A stretch of 60,289 nt of DNA, filler included, from Sphacelaria rigidula (taxonomy: Eukaryota): NCBI GenBank assembly GCA_964200075.2. It is 6 parts of 6 records of this genome, joined end to end, with 100 filler letters (N's around TTAATTAATTAA, not from the genome) between each part and the next. Parts side by side here need not be neighbours in the genome. Positions count along the whole stretch, not along the records: positions 30,198 to 40,162 come from CAXNAA020007400.1; positions 40,263 to 50,226 come from CAXNAA020007401.1; 4 more parts are not named here. One strand, written 5' to 3'. The stretch's first letter is position 1; each line of letters begins with the position of its first letter. The notes beneath the pieces are model-generated. The model saw nothing but the letters and a program-made list of their open reading frames with translations, was not told where the DNA came from and did not search any database. The position numbers were made by a program, and so were the translations under genes. Positions 34,301-46,799 of this stretch are shown piece by piece.

Positions 34301-37300
34301 CAAACTAGCCATAATAGTACTCGTGCAGTACACAACGTTTTTTTCGTCCATAGAATACGTATACTGGCTTGAGTGTGCACAGCACAGGACGTTCTGTCCA
34401 CAATCATCTGCTACCTAGTGGAGAGTTGAGTGAAAATATACTGTTACCGCTTTCATTTCGTCCTATTTGTCCGTGTATTTTCGTACGTGGCGTTAAGACG
34501 CGAAATCTTTTGTCCTTCCTCCGGTAGATCGGTACTTTCGGTTGATCTGATTGATCTGATTGATCGATTGACTGTCACACATCAGCTGATCCCCCATATA
34601 TCCAGCCGTGGTATCATGATGGGCGTACCCGAGCTAAAACAAGACGGAAATAATCGCTGAAGGAAAGTTGAAGAAAACAGAAAGGAGGAACAAAGAGAGT
34701 GGAGTGAAAAAAACACACAGGACAAACAAACAAACAAAACACAGACGAAGGTACTTCCATTCGAAGGGCAAAGGTTATATGTACGCCGAGACAGTCCAGC
34801 CCCCCCCCCCAAAACCCCCGCAAAACTAGGTAACGAAAGACAAAACGAAAAAGTAACCGTAGGGGAAGAAAATAGCGGACACACGCACAACCTATCGCTG
34901 GCCTAGATAAGCCTTCCCAGGCATGCAAATCCCGGATGCTCCCGCCATGACTTATCGTATTACTTGCATTCAGTATAGCGCTCCCGGGATTTCTCCAGAG
35001 TTTTCTTGGGTCGCCAGCCTATACTAAAACGTAGTAATTACACTAACACAGGGTGGAGGGGGGAAAACCGGGAAGGAGTGTACATGCTACAATGTGGTCA
35101 TTTTCACGAGGCACGAAACCCAGCTGGGCCGTGGAAAGACAGAAGAAGCTCTCGTTATGAATTCTGTCTATCCTTTTGCCGATGCCTTGCAGTGTGCACT
35201 TGACATGTATGTAGTGGGCGGAGATGAAGAAGCAATATATAGGCCGTTGATCTCGGTAGCTGAGAACTGCCCAAAACATGCAAGGACTGCAGTCGGAGAG
35301 GCGTACTGCACTGTACTCTTCAAGGGCAGGTCGAGTAGAGTATACTCAATTGCGGGGTATTTTCATCGTACTTGAGGTACACAAATTAAGGGTAGGGTTT
35401 CAGGGATCGCTTTCCTGTTAATTTTTGGGTACGACTCCCAACACTCTACCCTAATTTGAGTCCTCAAGTACGTCTTTCAAAATACCCCGCAATTGAGTAC
35501 TCTCTACTTGATCTGCCCTTCGTACTCTTGTACTGTACTGTATGTATGTGCGCCGCAACGCTCACACCCTTCGAAGAGAATTTGCCACTTGCAGCAAAGA
35601 GGGAAATCGCTGCCCACCCCAACCACAAAGGACTGTGTGGCAAGGTGATGGAGACGATAATATAATCCAAAGCCAAAAATAGCGGGTGGCCCGCCGGTCG
35701 CCTCATCCGCGGTTTAAAGCTCTCTACTGCGACCCATGCTGCTTGCTAGATCAGATGTACATTACCTGGTGCGCACCCTGCACCTGAAAATAGATCGGAT
35801 GAACCTTTCGGTCTTACTCATAACCCCGCGGTTACATACGCGGATTTCAGCATGATGAAGCCACTGCTTCCTGCAGACGCCAGACACGTCATTCCTAACC
35901 AGCCTCATTGGTCGTTCTGGAGGCCCGGTTCCAAAAGAGTTAATGTAGCGACCCGGTCCGGAAAAATTAACAAATGACCATGACCATCCTTGAACCGGGC
36001 ACAATTTTCACATGAGAATCTCCAAACGGGACCGCAAGAGTTGAAGTCTCAACTGACCATATTCGAATCGGCTCAGGAACATGGACACGTGAGAAGGACT
36101 CGTGGAACACCTCCGCCTATGCGAACAAGCCGTAGGAACCCCTCCCGTCCAACGAATTTTGAGGGGGCTACAATGCAGAGTCCCACCAGAGTGCGGTCAA
36201 AAACATGTGGTAACATGTTACAACTCCGATCTGCATATTCATATTTTCCCTGGTTTGTTTCGTCTCGTCTCTCGCATCTATTGAATCAGTTTGCTTCGTT
36301 CCTTTTGTTTCATTTTACAGTATCATTCTTTCTTTCCTTCGAGTAAATCTCCTCTTCATATAGCGATTGTTCTACGTTTTGTTCTGTTTCATTTTGGTTT
36401 ACTTCGCGTACGTCTATATGGCGACCACGGCTCGATCCCCCGGAAATCATTCATTTGCGACACTTCATCAATCAACCAAATCCAGTACAGAGCGGAGAGT
36501 TCAGGCATAGTGTGGTCATACATGCCGGCCTGGCGACCCCACCGCACTATGCCGGGGCCGAACACCCACTGTACCCGGAAGATTGAACCTCACGTATCAG
36601 CCTGGCGACCCCGCTGCATTATGCCGGGACCGACCACCCACTGTACCCGAGATATTGGGCCGTACACACCGTCCTGGTGAACCCACCGAATTATGCCGGG
36701 ACCGACCACCCACGGTACCCTGAAAATTGAGCGGTGCATGACGGCCTGGTGACCCCACCGAATTATGCCGGGATCGACCACCCACTGTACCCTGAAAATT
36801 GAGCGGTGCATGACGGCCTGGTGACCCCACCGAATTATGCCGGGATCGACCACCCACTGTACCCTGAAAATTGAGCCGTGCATGACGGCCTGGCGACCCC
36901 ACGACACTATGCCGGGACCCACCACCCCACTGTACCCGAAAAATTCAGCGGTGTTTACACCTCCACCCCACCCACCCGAAACCTCACTGTTCTGAAAAGG
37001 TGGGAAACCGATCCACTTTTTTCCAACACAATTTGACGACGAACCCCCAACCCCCAAAAAAACAACACATACTACGTAGTAATTTTTCACCTCAGATTCC
37101 TTGCTCGACAGCCCTGCCTGCAGCCGGTCCGCCTCCTGCTCGCCTGCCTGAGCAACATCCACGGCCTCCTTGCGTTGGGCATCGAGCTCTTCCGTGAGAC
37201 ACTGAAGCTGTTCCTTGCCTTCAGCCACCTGTCAATCAATTTTGTTGGTTGGATTATTCATGGTCGACGCGTTCACCTCTTCCCCCGCGATACATGGCAG

Positions 37301-39315
37301 CACGTTCAGCACACAGTACTAGTTGGAGCGTACGGTGCGCACATGAATATGAGAGGTACATGGATCGAGGACTGGAACGCCAGCCACGACATAATGGGGG
37401 AGAGGAGAGAAAAAGTGGCGAGTGAAATGAAAGATTGAGCGGAGAGGAGCGTGGTGTTGTGTAAAAAAATGTCACAAAAGAATATATACCGTCATTTTTT
37501 ATTTTCACCAACGGACGTTTACAGTACACGGCTAAGTCCCGCGCAACATGACGTATTTTGACACTTCTGTGCCTGACGACACCACCTACTGTACAGTGCT
37601 GTAGTGCATAAAAAAACGTCCTCTACTCACTTCAACCCCTTCCCTTTCCTCGGACCGAACCCGCAGTCTCTAGTCTCTAGTCTCAAGGAATCAACCCGTC
37701 TCTCCGCCCGTACATGCCTGACATCTTGGTATCGCGAAGTGGATCATGACCATCAACTCTGCCCCCCCGGCGTCGAGTGTCGTCAACAATATTTTGTCAC
37801 TCAACGTATTCAACGACGGAATAACTAGATAAGCATCGAAAACATATCACAGGGTGAAAAAATATAACGGTCGATAGGATAATGGATGATGAGGATACTC
37901 GGAAGTTATATTGCACCACTACTGCGTAGCCAGGCGTGACACCTTCGCATAGCAAATGATGACTCCCTCTTCACCACCCCCTACTACAGAAGAGAAAGAA
38001 GAACAGCCAGGAACTCCGCCACCATCGCCAACAGCAGCAGCACCACAACAACAACAATCACCGAAACAAAAACACAGTTGCGCCTAACCGCACCTGTGAC
38101 TCCAGGGCAGAGATCTTCGCATTCCCCGCGTGCACACACGCCTCCAGCTTCTTCATCCCCTCCATGGTTTCCGACAGCTCCCGGGCCTTCTCCGCGAGAG
38201 CTGCGACGGCTTCCTTGTTGCCAACATCTTTGCTTACGGCAAAGCTCTCCAGCTCTGCTCCTAATCTCCTAGCTTCCTCACGGAGAGCGCCTAACGCACA
38301 AAGGACGAAAGCGGGCGGAGAGGGTGAGGTTATGTTATCAATAAAGCGAAGGGGTTGGATGCACTGTCAGGAATCAACAACTCGGGGGTAGATTTAATTT
38401 CGGGAGATTCTGCGACTGGAAAAGCAGCAACCAACGGCAAAAATAACAGAAACAGTTCGTTTTGGAATAATTCAAGAGACAATAACAAGAAAAGAGGCGG
38501 CAAAAAAAAACTAAGGTATTACAGTGATAACAAATGACACACATCCATCTACCCATCCACCCATCCACCCATCGATACATACATGTGAACACGCAAGGGA
38601 GTTACAATTTTTGCTCTACAGTATTTTTGTTCGATTTTTTCTTCTTCAGTCCACCACCTACTTACTCTGTCTGTTGCCACCTTTTCTGTTTCCTTCAGCG
38701 AGTGCCTCCGTTATGTTTTGCCTTGGACACGTCCATCGTGTCACCACGGTTTCATACCCTGGAGGAACACCTTATAACCCGACAGCCAATCGACCAACCT
38801 TTTGGCGCCATTGACTTGGTGATCGATTGATTGTCGCACTTCAACTGACCCCCCAGGGGTCATGATCCAGCCGTGGTTACGTGATAGACGCACCCAACAA
38901 AAATCAAAACTGAAACACTCGCTGAACAATAAAAAAGGAACAGAACAACATCGTAGACCAAGACGTGAAGATATATATATATTGAAAAAATATAAAGTCA
39001 TTACACCAAGACAAAGTAAACGACCCTCGTCCTCTCTCTTCATCTCGTACCTGTTTCCTTCGCGTGCCGTTCGCCTGCATCACGAGCCACCGCTGCAGCC
39101 TCCGCCAGCTGCCGCGTCGCGTCGGCGATCGCCGAGTGCGCGGCAGCCCTCTCGGCGGAAGCCGCATCCTCCGCCTCCTGCAGCAGTTGGCGCGAGGAAG
39201 CGGCGTCGGCGGTAGCCTTGGCCGCGACGTCGGCTAACTCCTGTCCGCGCTGGGCGAGCAGGGCGCGAGAGGCATCTGCGCTTTGAGACAGCGTCTTGTT
39301 CTCTTCCGACAGGGC
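31340..39315 (-). CDS. large Ala/Glu-rich coiled-coil protein, six internal exons (39051-39315, 38094-38290, 37091-37228, 33851-34156, 33208-33399, 31340-31525); 5' and 3' partial
   Basis: All six exons have AG/GT boundaries, GC-rich codons and compatible phases (1 then 0,0,0,0). The translation is heptad-like (ALSEENKTLSQ..., VAEGKEQLQCLTEELDAQRKE..., ISSLKSLISEISGELDSVRTEQQ..., ASTLAGEAAEAARRLAEAEKEK...). No family recognised. Confidence 0.85.
33420..33835. repeat. intronic degenerate motif array (GACGATGAGGTAC core, variable spacers)
   Basis: About a dozen variants of (ACGAT)GAGGTAC fill most of intron 33400-33850. Confidence 0.6.
35321..35521. mobile_element. hAT-type MITE with 8-bp target site duplication
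   Basis: The TIRs are AAGGGCAGGTCGAGTAGAGTATACTCAATTGCGGGGTATTTT and AAAATACCCCGCAATTGAGTACTCTCTACTTGATCTGCCCTT. GTACTCTT flanks both sides (35313-35320 and 35522-35529). Confidence 0.85.
36505..36945. repeat. 72-bp minisatellite, about 6 copies (intronic)
   Basis: The unit CCTGGTGACCCCACCGAATTATGCCGGGATCGACCACCCACTGTACCCTGAAAATTGAGCGGTGCATGACGG recurs every 72 bp. Central copies are nearly identical and outer copies are diverged. Confidence 0.9.
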
Positions 39316-40162
39316 CTGTTTTGTTGTGTTTTTTTGGGGTGGGGGGAGGGGCGGGCGGGGTCGGGGATGGAGGCGTTGGGGGGCATTGTGTTTCCATCTG
39401 TGTCAAGCTTTCAAAACTAATAGCGACAGTAGTGTCGGCATGTGGACCATCCAGGATAATTCCCTGAATTTTGTTTTTCAGCTATAACTTTCGAAAAAAT
39501 AGCGATTTGTAAGGTGAAACAACAACAATCGTGACGGGGGGACTACAGCTACGTCGATCGCCGCGGAGAGTTTTATTTTTCATTTTTTTAATGCAACACT
39601 CTAGGCCAAAAATCACCCTGAAATTGCCCGAATTTGTGTCATTTCACCGTCGATCGGGTGAACGTTGCCCCGAATTTCGACGAGATAAATTCAAAGTTCC
39701 CGGTTGAAAAACGCCGTTGTTCGTATGATTTCCCCCATAACACCATGCAAAACATAGCCACACCATGATACTCCTCTCCTCCAGACAGCGGCGAGATAAA
39801 TTCTTCGTTAAAATTTATTCTTCTGCAAAAAATGCAAAAAAATTCCCCCCAGGGGTATCTTGACGAGAGAAAGCGTTTGCCGCACTCTATTTTGAAATCT
39901 CTAGGTTGGTGATCGCATGAAAAAGCACAGAAAATGACCTCGCACAGTCTGTTTTCCCTAAATAACTTCCGTCAGTTTCTGCTCATTCAAAGAAAAAAAC
40001 CGAACAAAAAAACGGGCGAATTCCAAGAGCTTCTCAAATCCGGTGTCACAATTCTTGTCGGCAGAGAAGTACAGCTCCCGGCAAGAAGCGGACAATATTT
40101 CAAGGGTCGGACAAACAATGATTCGTCTGGAAACTACTTGGTTTTAGTATGATGAGTCGACT

Positions 40163-40262
40163 NNNNNNNNNNNNNNNNNNNNNNNNNNNNNNNNNNNNNN
40201 NNNNNNTTAATTAATTAANNNNNNNNNNNNNNNNNNNNNNNNNNNNNNNNNNNNNNNNNNNN
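40163..40262. other. artificial contig-join linker
   Basis: N44-TTAATTAATTAA-N44. Confidence 0.97.
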
Positions 40263-40331
40263 CATACATACATACATACATACATACATACATACATACA
40301 TACATACATACATACATACATACATACATAC
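40263..40331. repeat. (CATA)n microsatellite at contig start
   Basis: Perfect CATA run. Confidence 0.95.
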
Positions 40332-40581
40332 CAGAGTAAATTCGGCCTTGGTCACCGGTCCCGTCGGTCCGGTCGAGGGTGGACAAACGCCGTCCGAATA
40401 TCCAAGCGCTTCGTTGTTCAGGCAAGTGGCGGTCTCGCACCCGAGCACTCTCTCGCATCCTGTCGAGCCCCACAAGTTACCGCTCCATCGCACATCTGCG
40501 GGACGCCGGACCAGGAGGGGGGGCGGGGGAGGGCGGGGGTGGGGGGGGTACTCATGATCTTGCATGCGTTATAGGAATTGC

Positions 40582-41672
40582 TTAAGGATGTACCTTATCA
40601 TCCACTCTATTCAAGGAACTTATTAATGACATGAAAGTAGCAATAGAAGCAGTAAAACAAGTAGTCAGGGTGAGGGAGAACACGCTATCGGCATTTATGT
40701 TCGCGGATGAATCCGTGGGAATGTCAAACACATTAGAAAATGATTTGCAGAAGCAAATAGACAAGGCGCTAGAATACACTTTGAAATGGAGAGTGACAGC
40801 GAACGAAAACAGTAACGCGCGGTAGCTGTATGTAACGAGACATCAGAAAATTGAAATGGCAGGCAATATAACGTAAAGGATATGTCAAGGAAGAGATTAT
40901 TATTCAAGCTGTAGTTGATAGGGTTGCAGGGAAGAAGGTCACGAAAGGGCACGCTGAAATGAGGTGGGATAGGGCAGTCGAGAAAATATGGAAGGGTACA
41001 GGAGAAAACCAAGACGACATAATGTTCATAGGTGAGTGCGGAGGGCACAAGACAAAAGTAAGAGACGTGATAGAATAAGGGGGAAACAAGCGTGGAGACC
41101 GAATGTGGGCGAGGAAGAGCGCCCGAAGACGTACGAGGGATTGAGAGAGGGAATAGGGATAAAACCATATCTGCACGGCCCAATGGAATACGTGAAAAGG
41201 TTAAAACTGCGATTTCGAGTGGGGGACCTAGACCTGCCAGAGGCAAGAAAGAGGTACACTAGTAGTCGGGTGGAGCAAGTAGATGCACAGAGTTACCCCT
41301 GCGACAAAGCAATAGAGAGTAGAAGTCATACAGTGGCAGAATATCAACGATACAAGGAGCGGGACGTGCTGGAGGGGGGGAAATGGGGAGGAAACGAAGG
41401 TAGCATGAATCGTTTGGTACATGAGATAAAAGCGAGAAATCGATCGCTATATATACATATATATATATATATATACTAGGAGATGGATGGTGGACACAGA
41501 CGGCGATACAGAAAGGAGATACGATATGTGAAAGGCTCTTGTCTAATAAATGGAAGGAACGTGATGAGCGCTCAAATGTTGGAGGTGTCTCCACTAGGAG
41601 TAGGAGCAGTGTCCCGTCTCGAAAGAGATGCGCGGTCAATGGTCGAATGACGAAGGCAAGCAGCAAATGAGA
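40582..41672 (+). mobile_element. degenerate LINE: reverse transcriptase C-terminal part, C-terminal Cys/His region and 3' end
   Basis: GCTLSSTLFKELINDM...FMFADE...LQKQIDKALEYTLKWRVTAN corresponds to the QG..LSP.LF and F/YADD RT motifs. It is followed by LKLRFRVGDLDLPE..R...PCDKAIESRSHTVAE. There are frameshifts and an internal deletion. Confidence 0.85.
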
Positions 41673-42805
41673 ACGCTCCCCTCCCCCTCCCTCTCTAGTA
41701 GTAGTAGAGCTTACTTGGCCTGGCGATTTTTGTTGCTTTCCTTCCCATTCTTTTTTTTTCGTTTCTCTTCTTTTCTTTGATTTTCTTTTTTTGTTTATTT
41801 TCGTTTCTTTGATTATCCTTGATTTCCTTTGATTTCCCTTGATTTCTTTTGATTTCCTTTTCTTGTGTGTTCGTTTACACTTCATGTCTCAATTTGTACC
41901 TTTCTCCTCATTCTTTTCCTTTCTCGAGTTTCCCCAGTGAGAGTCGCCGAGAGGGGTTTTAATACATTTTTACTTCGTAAGTCCTTCTCGTGACTACGGC
42001 TAGTGAAGTTTATAGCGGTCCCGTTAATATACGACAATCAATCAACTAACCGTTCGAGCAAATCAACCAAACATGGTACTGTATTCACAATACCAGCTAA
42101 ACACTAATAGTCAGGAACAAAAAGAACAAAAAAGATATGAATGACAAGAACAATTACAATGATGACAGCATACACGACAATACCCATTGGTGGTGGGAGT
42201 ACGACAACATCGCGCACCCGCCGTACTCGGAACAAAAAAAAACAGAGAACAGAACTAATACCATTCAATTACCGTATTTTACATAATAAAGGAGGGAAAA
42301 GAAAATCACCAGGTGACCTGCTGAGTGCACCACTGTCTGCCGGATTATGTTGAGTGGAAACAATCTCGCTCACAAGGACTCGCTGCACACATACAAACAC
42401 GCGCGCGCGTCTTCCGTAATTGATCTATACAAACCTCAACGTCTCTTGCGCCGCTTGCAAGCCGCACAACGATAATAGCGAGAGGGTAGAAAGAGCTAAA
42501 AGGTCCCATTTCGACATATGAAACCCACCTCGAGGAGTGTGTCTTATAATTGATACATAGTTTTTCACGGCAGATATACCATTTCGGCCATTCTAGGAAA
42601 CCATAGCGAATAGAAAAAGCTTAACAATATCTCCCGAGGGAGACGGGGCGGGGCGTTTTCATGATTCCTTGCTCACCGTGGGTCTGAGAAGTTTGCATCA
42701 TCTCACATTTTTCTATTCTATCGTTGCACGACTCTCACCCTCGCAACAACAACAACAACAACAGCAGCAGCAGCAACATATAACATACAACAACATAAAA
42801 CTCAC

Positions 42806-42911
42806 TGTTTATCGCTGGATGATCCAGCAGCAGTCGAAGAGAGTCACCAGCATCAAGATCAAAAGACTTGCCGTCCTCGGGTGCGGGCATACTCCAGAAA
42901 CACGCTCCCAC
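42806..42911 (-). CDS. possible orphan exon of an unidentified gene
   Basis: aag/...106 nt.../gtgagt with one open frame VGACFWSMPAPEDGKSFDLDAGDSLRLLLDHPAIN. No partner exons were identified. Confidence 0.3.
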
Positions 42912-43211
42912 CTTGCGCGTAAATGGAGGGTACACCAAAACGGCGGGGAGGGGGGGGGGGGAGGGGAACAGGAGAGACATTCAACATTCTGTACCCTTTC
43001 TTTCATTTGCTCGAACTTCAGAGTATATGATACATGATAGTGATGCAGTGGTGAATGATGTAGCCCGAGGAACAAAATTTCGAGTGAAAATTCCAGTGCG
43101 TATGCACAGGTCACAAAATTCGTGTGACGGTATTCATTTCTGAGGCGGTGTATTGGATCATGACCACAGCGTCAGAATGGAACAGGCGAACGCAACCTCT
43201 TCGGGTAGATA

Positions 43212-43761
43212 CAGTAGTGGGCGGTCTAACTATTTAGGGATGTTTTGGGGTTTTCCTCGCGTACTACTCTTCGATAGAGGTCGAAATTGCTAGCGCCGGT
43301 AGATTTTGGTACAACGCAACAGACCGTCCTCGAGATACGATGCCCGAGTAAGTGTATGTTGGTGTTATCGGGCGAAACGAGTAAACACCCCGTTCATCAG
43401 GAGGGTGCTATTGACCGTGAAGCACAGTTTTTCGGCTCTAGTGCAATGAGTAGGCAGAATTTCACAAAAATGAAACTGTACATTTATTTTAAAATATGAT
43501 CAGGACAGGCTCGATCGACCGAAAATACAGAAGAGAAAGAATATGGGCTAAAACGTGGCAGGACCCCCGATGACCGGTCAGCCCGTGAGTCACTCAATAT
43601 TGAGTGTAGATGGTTTTTTCTTGTTGGAATGTGGAGCAGATACAAATACCTTTAGATTCTCGATGTGATAATCGGTGGCAAGGGAAAAGAGCCCAATGAA
43701 ATCGCCAATTGCGAAAAATCACAAAATGCCACAAAATGAATAGTTGGACCGCCCACTACTG
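43212..43761. mobile_element. Tc1/mariner(pogo)-type MITE, 550 bp, TA target duplication
   Basis: TA|CAGTAGTGGGCGGTCTAACTATT ... AATAGTTGGACCGCCCACTACTG|TA, a 23-bp TIR with one mismatch. Confidence 0.85.
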
Positions 43762-44568
43762 TAGGGAAATACCTCTTTCACTGGGTGTACGGGGGAATCG
43801 ACGTATTTTATTGCTAGGTCTGGATGTCACATATCCCCTACAGGGGCTTGGAGGTGGTGGAAAGGGTGGTATTCACGAATACTGACGGCCCCCACGTCGT
43901 TGTACAGATCTTGGTCCAGGTCAGGACCCTTGTGGGAATGCATTTGGGGGCATGAAACTTATCGATGTGATACTTCGATTAGCAAGCCGTCGGGGTAGAT
44001 ATTGAGGACGAGCACGTCTACATCTGTCGATCATGTTGGGGTCAGGATCACCGGTCGGTGTGTGTACTGGACCGAGATTCCCTCACGAATGTATAAGTCG
44101 TTGTACAGATACTTGGGGGGTGGGTAGGAAGTACACCCGGCCGATGTGATTGGTCAACGTATGCATACATACAAATCACGAACTGGGACGGAGTCACCGC
44201 TACAATTAGTTGAGTTGACATATGACTCGCACTTAGCATTCCGGGGGTGGTATTGGAGATAACAGATGGAGTAGCTCCTCCACCTTGGCACTTCGCAACG
44301 TCTCTTTGCGCGTGGACTCCAGCCCTGAGCCCAAGCAGCAGCTAGGTACCAACAAGTTCAGGGCAACGTCACCTCTTAGCCTCCCACAAGCTCGCCGGGT
44401 CCCTACGGACAAGGCCTGGTCATAAGTGAACGTTTCTCGTTTGTACTGTTGTATATGTCATTTTTGTCCTATAACCGTATTCATTCATGTTCGGCTGATG
44501 GGGCGAACCATTGGCAGCTGACACACATTTGGGGCTTCAGGCCGGTTTTCTCGAATGCGATTAGGTTG

Positions 44569-44667
<99 letters not shown>

Positions 44668-44676
44668 TGTTGTTGT
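44569..44676. repeat. (TTG)n/(CTG)n compound microsatellite
   Basis: A long TGT run switches to TGC and back. A degenerate (GT)n follows at about 44740-44790. Confidence 0.95.
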
Positions 44677-46799
44677 TTGTTACTCGCGTTGAAATATATA
44701 CATATGACACGCTATTTCTTGCTGCAAAGCGAAGTCATGTGTGTGTGTATGTGTGTGTGTACGTGTGTGTGTGTGAGTGTGTGAGTGTGTCGGATCTTTT
44801 TCGGTCATTTTCGGCACATAGTTGCGTTCGCGTATGTATGTAAAGGATGTTGGTTGTTGATGCAGACATCCTTTCATAGCAATCATGCACTCCCCTCCGA
44901 TGGGGAATCAGGGGCGGATCGGCGGATGATTCGCCGCATTCGTATAGGCGGTAGCCGTACGCGCGTACTGGCCGGTTTTAGCCCACGTCGTATGTCCCAC
45001 ACACTCCCGATCGATGCTTCTGCTCTGCTTACACGCACAGCGTCGCACGGTCCTGCGGTTTTAACTACAGACGGTGCCGTTTTACGTTCTTGCAGTAATC
45101 AACCGTTTTGCAGCACCAGCCCTACTCATGGTCTTTCAGTCGCGATGTTCGACCGCGTTTTAAAGCTTCCCATATCAACCATGCATGCTTCCGTGAAAGT
45201 TCCAGGTCCATTTTCAGGACGGGCAACGAGTCTGAGGGAGGGGGGGAGTGGGACAATCTTGATGGTTTCGATTGGTCGCTCAGTCCTTCATGCTCACGCA
45301 CAGATGGAATATATTGGACTACCTTGCAGTCAAGCCCTATTGTACCCAAGCTTGAAGGACCACTCAACCAGTGAAACATACAGAAGACAAACCTCGCGTG
45401 GTCTTTGCGATCGGCCTGCTGTTTTTCATGTCGGGATAGCTTTACCACGCTGCCGTAGAACCACTGGGCTGGGATGAAAACAGCGTAGAATGTATGCAAT
45501 GGAGATCAACGACACACTCATTGTTTTGCACCGTTTTTGATGTAACGAGTGATGGTGAAAACGTCCCTGTGTACGGTTCAGCAGCAGTGGGGACTGTGCA
45601 CTACGGGCAACTGAGACGGTGCAAGATACAATGCAGCACGTCACAACATGCTCGACGTGTGCCAGTGCTACCCCGAAAGCACCGAGGCTGAAGAAATTGT
45701 AGGCCGACAGTGCGCGTGCGTGTATGCCACCGCAGTGGTGACAGCCAAGGTGCACCGCTCCCAAAGAAAGGATGACAGTGCAGATATGTTTGACTCGAAA
45801 GACCTAGGTGGTACGATCCAATTGTAATCTTGAGAGCGACTAGCAGCAAGCGACACAAGTCAAGTGAGAGGGAGCTTCAGCTCGGGAACTGACAAGGGAG
45901 CGGCACCCTGCACTTCGTCATGACCGGACACAGCTCCTTCTCGGGGGCAGAATGTGAAATCTCTTCCTATAATAGCAGAAGAAGTCGTTTGCCCAAGGGA
46001 ACCTACTTTTTGGTGATAAAACGTTTGCACTCGCTGCCATGATTCAAGAAAATATTCATCTCGCGGGTCCTGACTCCGACGAATCTTGCTACATCCGATG
46101 TCTGATTGACCCGAGCCCCCTGATTGTCTACTCCTAGGACGCCGATTGTACAGAGGCACCGTCTGCCCACCGCGGGTCCCGTTGTCTTGGGGTCTCCGAC
46201 GTCGTGATAAAAGTCGATACCAAACAAGTTGTCTCTCTGCAACGTAGACACGACGTGAGACGACGGAGAGCCATGATGCCGTGATGTTGTGTCTTCATAT
46301 TTCTTCCCTCGCTCGGCATGATCTAGCCTGTATGTGTATCTTTATCGTCGCCCTTTCCTCAACGCTGTGTTTATTGTGAGCTGTGTTCGCGGGTTACATC
46401 TGCAGGTGGATCTTGTGCGTGTATGTTGAGTTTCCCCGGTCCTTCCATTTCGTATGGTGTGACTGACATATGGGCTGAAGTCACGCGGGCCTCAGGGCCG
46501 CGGGTGCCTTCAACCTCTGCAACACGTGTGCTGTGATCGCGGATTGGACCTCATTCGGCTGGAGGCACTGCCACTGACGTTTGCTACTATCTTTGGATCA
46601 CGACCATACGCAGTCGCCGTGGCGTTCTTCAACGCGTTGAATACTTGACTATGTTGAGGTATTCTGCCTACAAGTGTAACGCAGGTCGCAGGTTATAGGT
46701 AATGCATCAGTGTCGACACGATGCACAAGGCATGTCTTGAGGATCGAACCCGGCCAAGAGCCGTTGAGCGGTAGAAAAGATACGTGTAGTATAAGTGCG

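Noticed and set aside
33669-34418. 249-aa plus-strand ORF
   Set aside because: It is antisense to a coiled-coil exon and its flanking introns.
36505-36945. CRISPR array
   Set aside because: Whole 72-bp units are repeated with no unique spacers. The context is a eukaryotic intron with no cas genes.
44449-44886. Poly-Cys / poly-Leu / His-Thr proteins
   Set aside because: They are translations of microsatellites.
44785-46640. Coding region or viral relic (230-aa ORF and neighbours)
   Set aside because: I could not recognise any motif or consistent exon structure. It is left unannotated pending a translated search.
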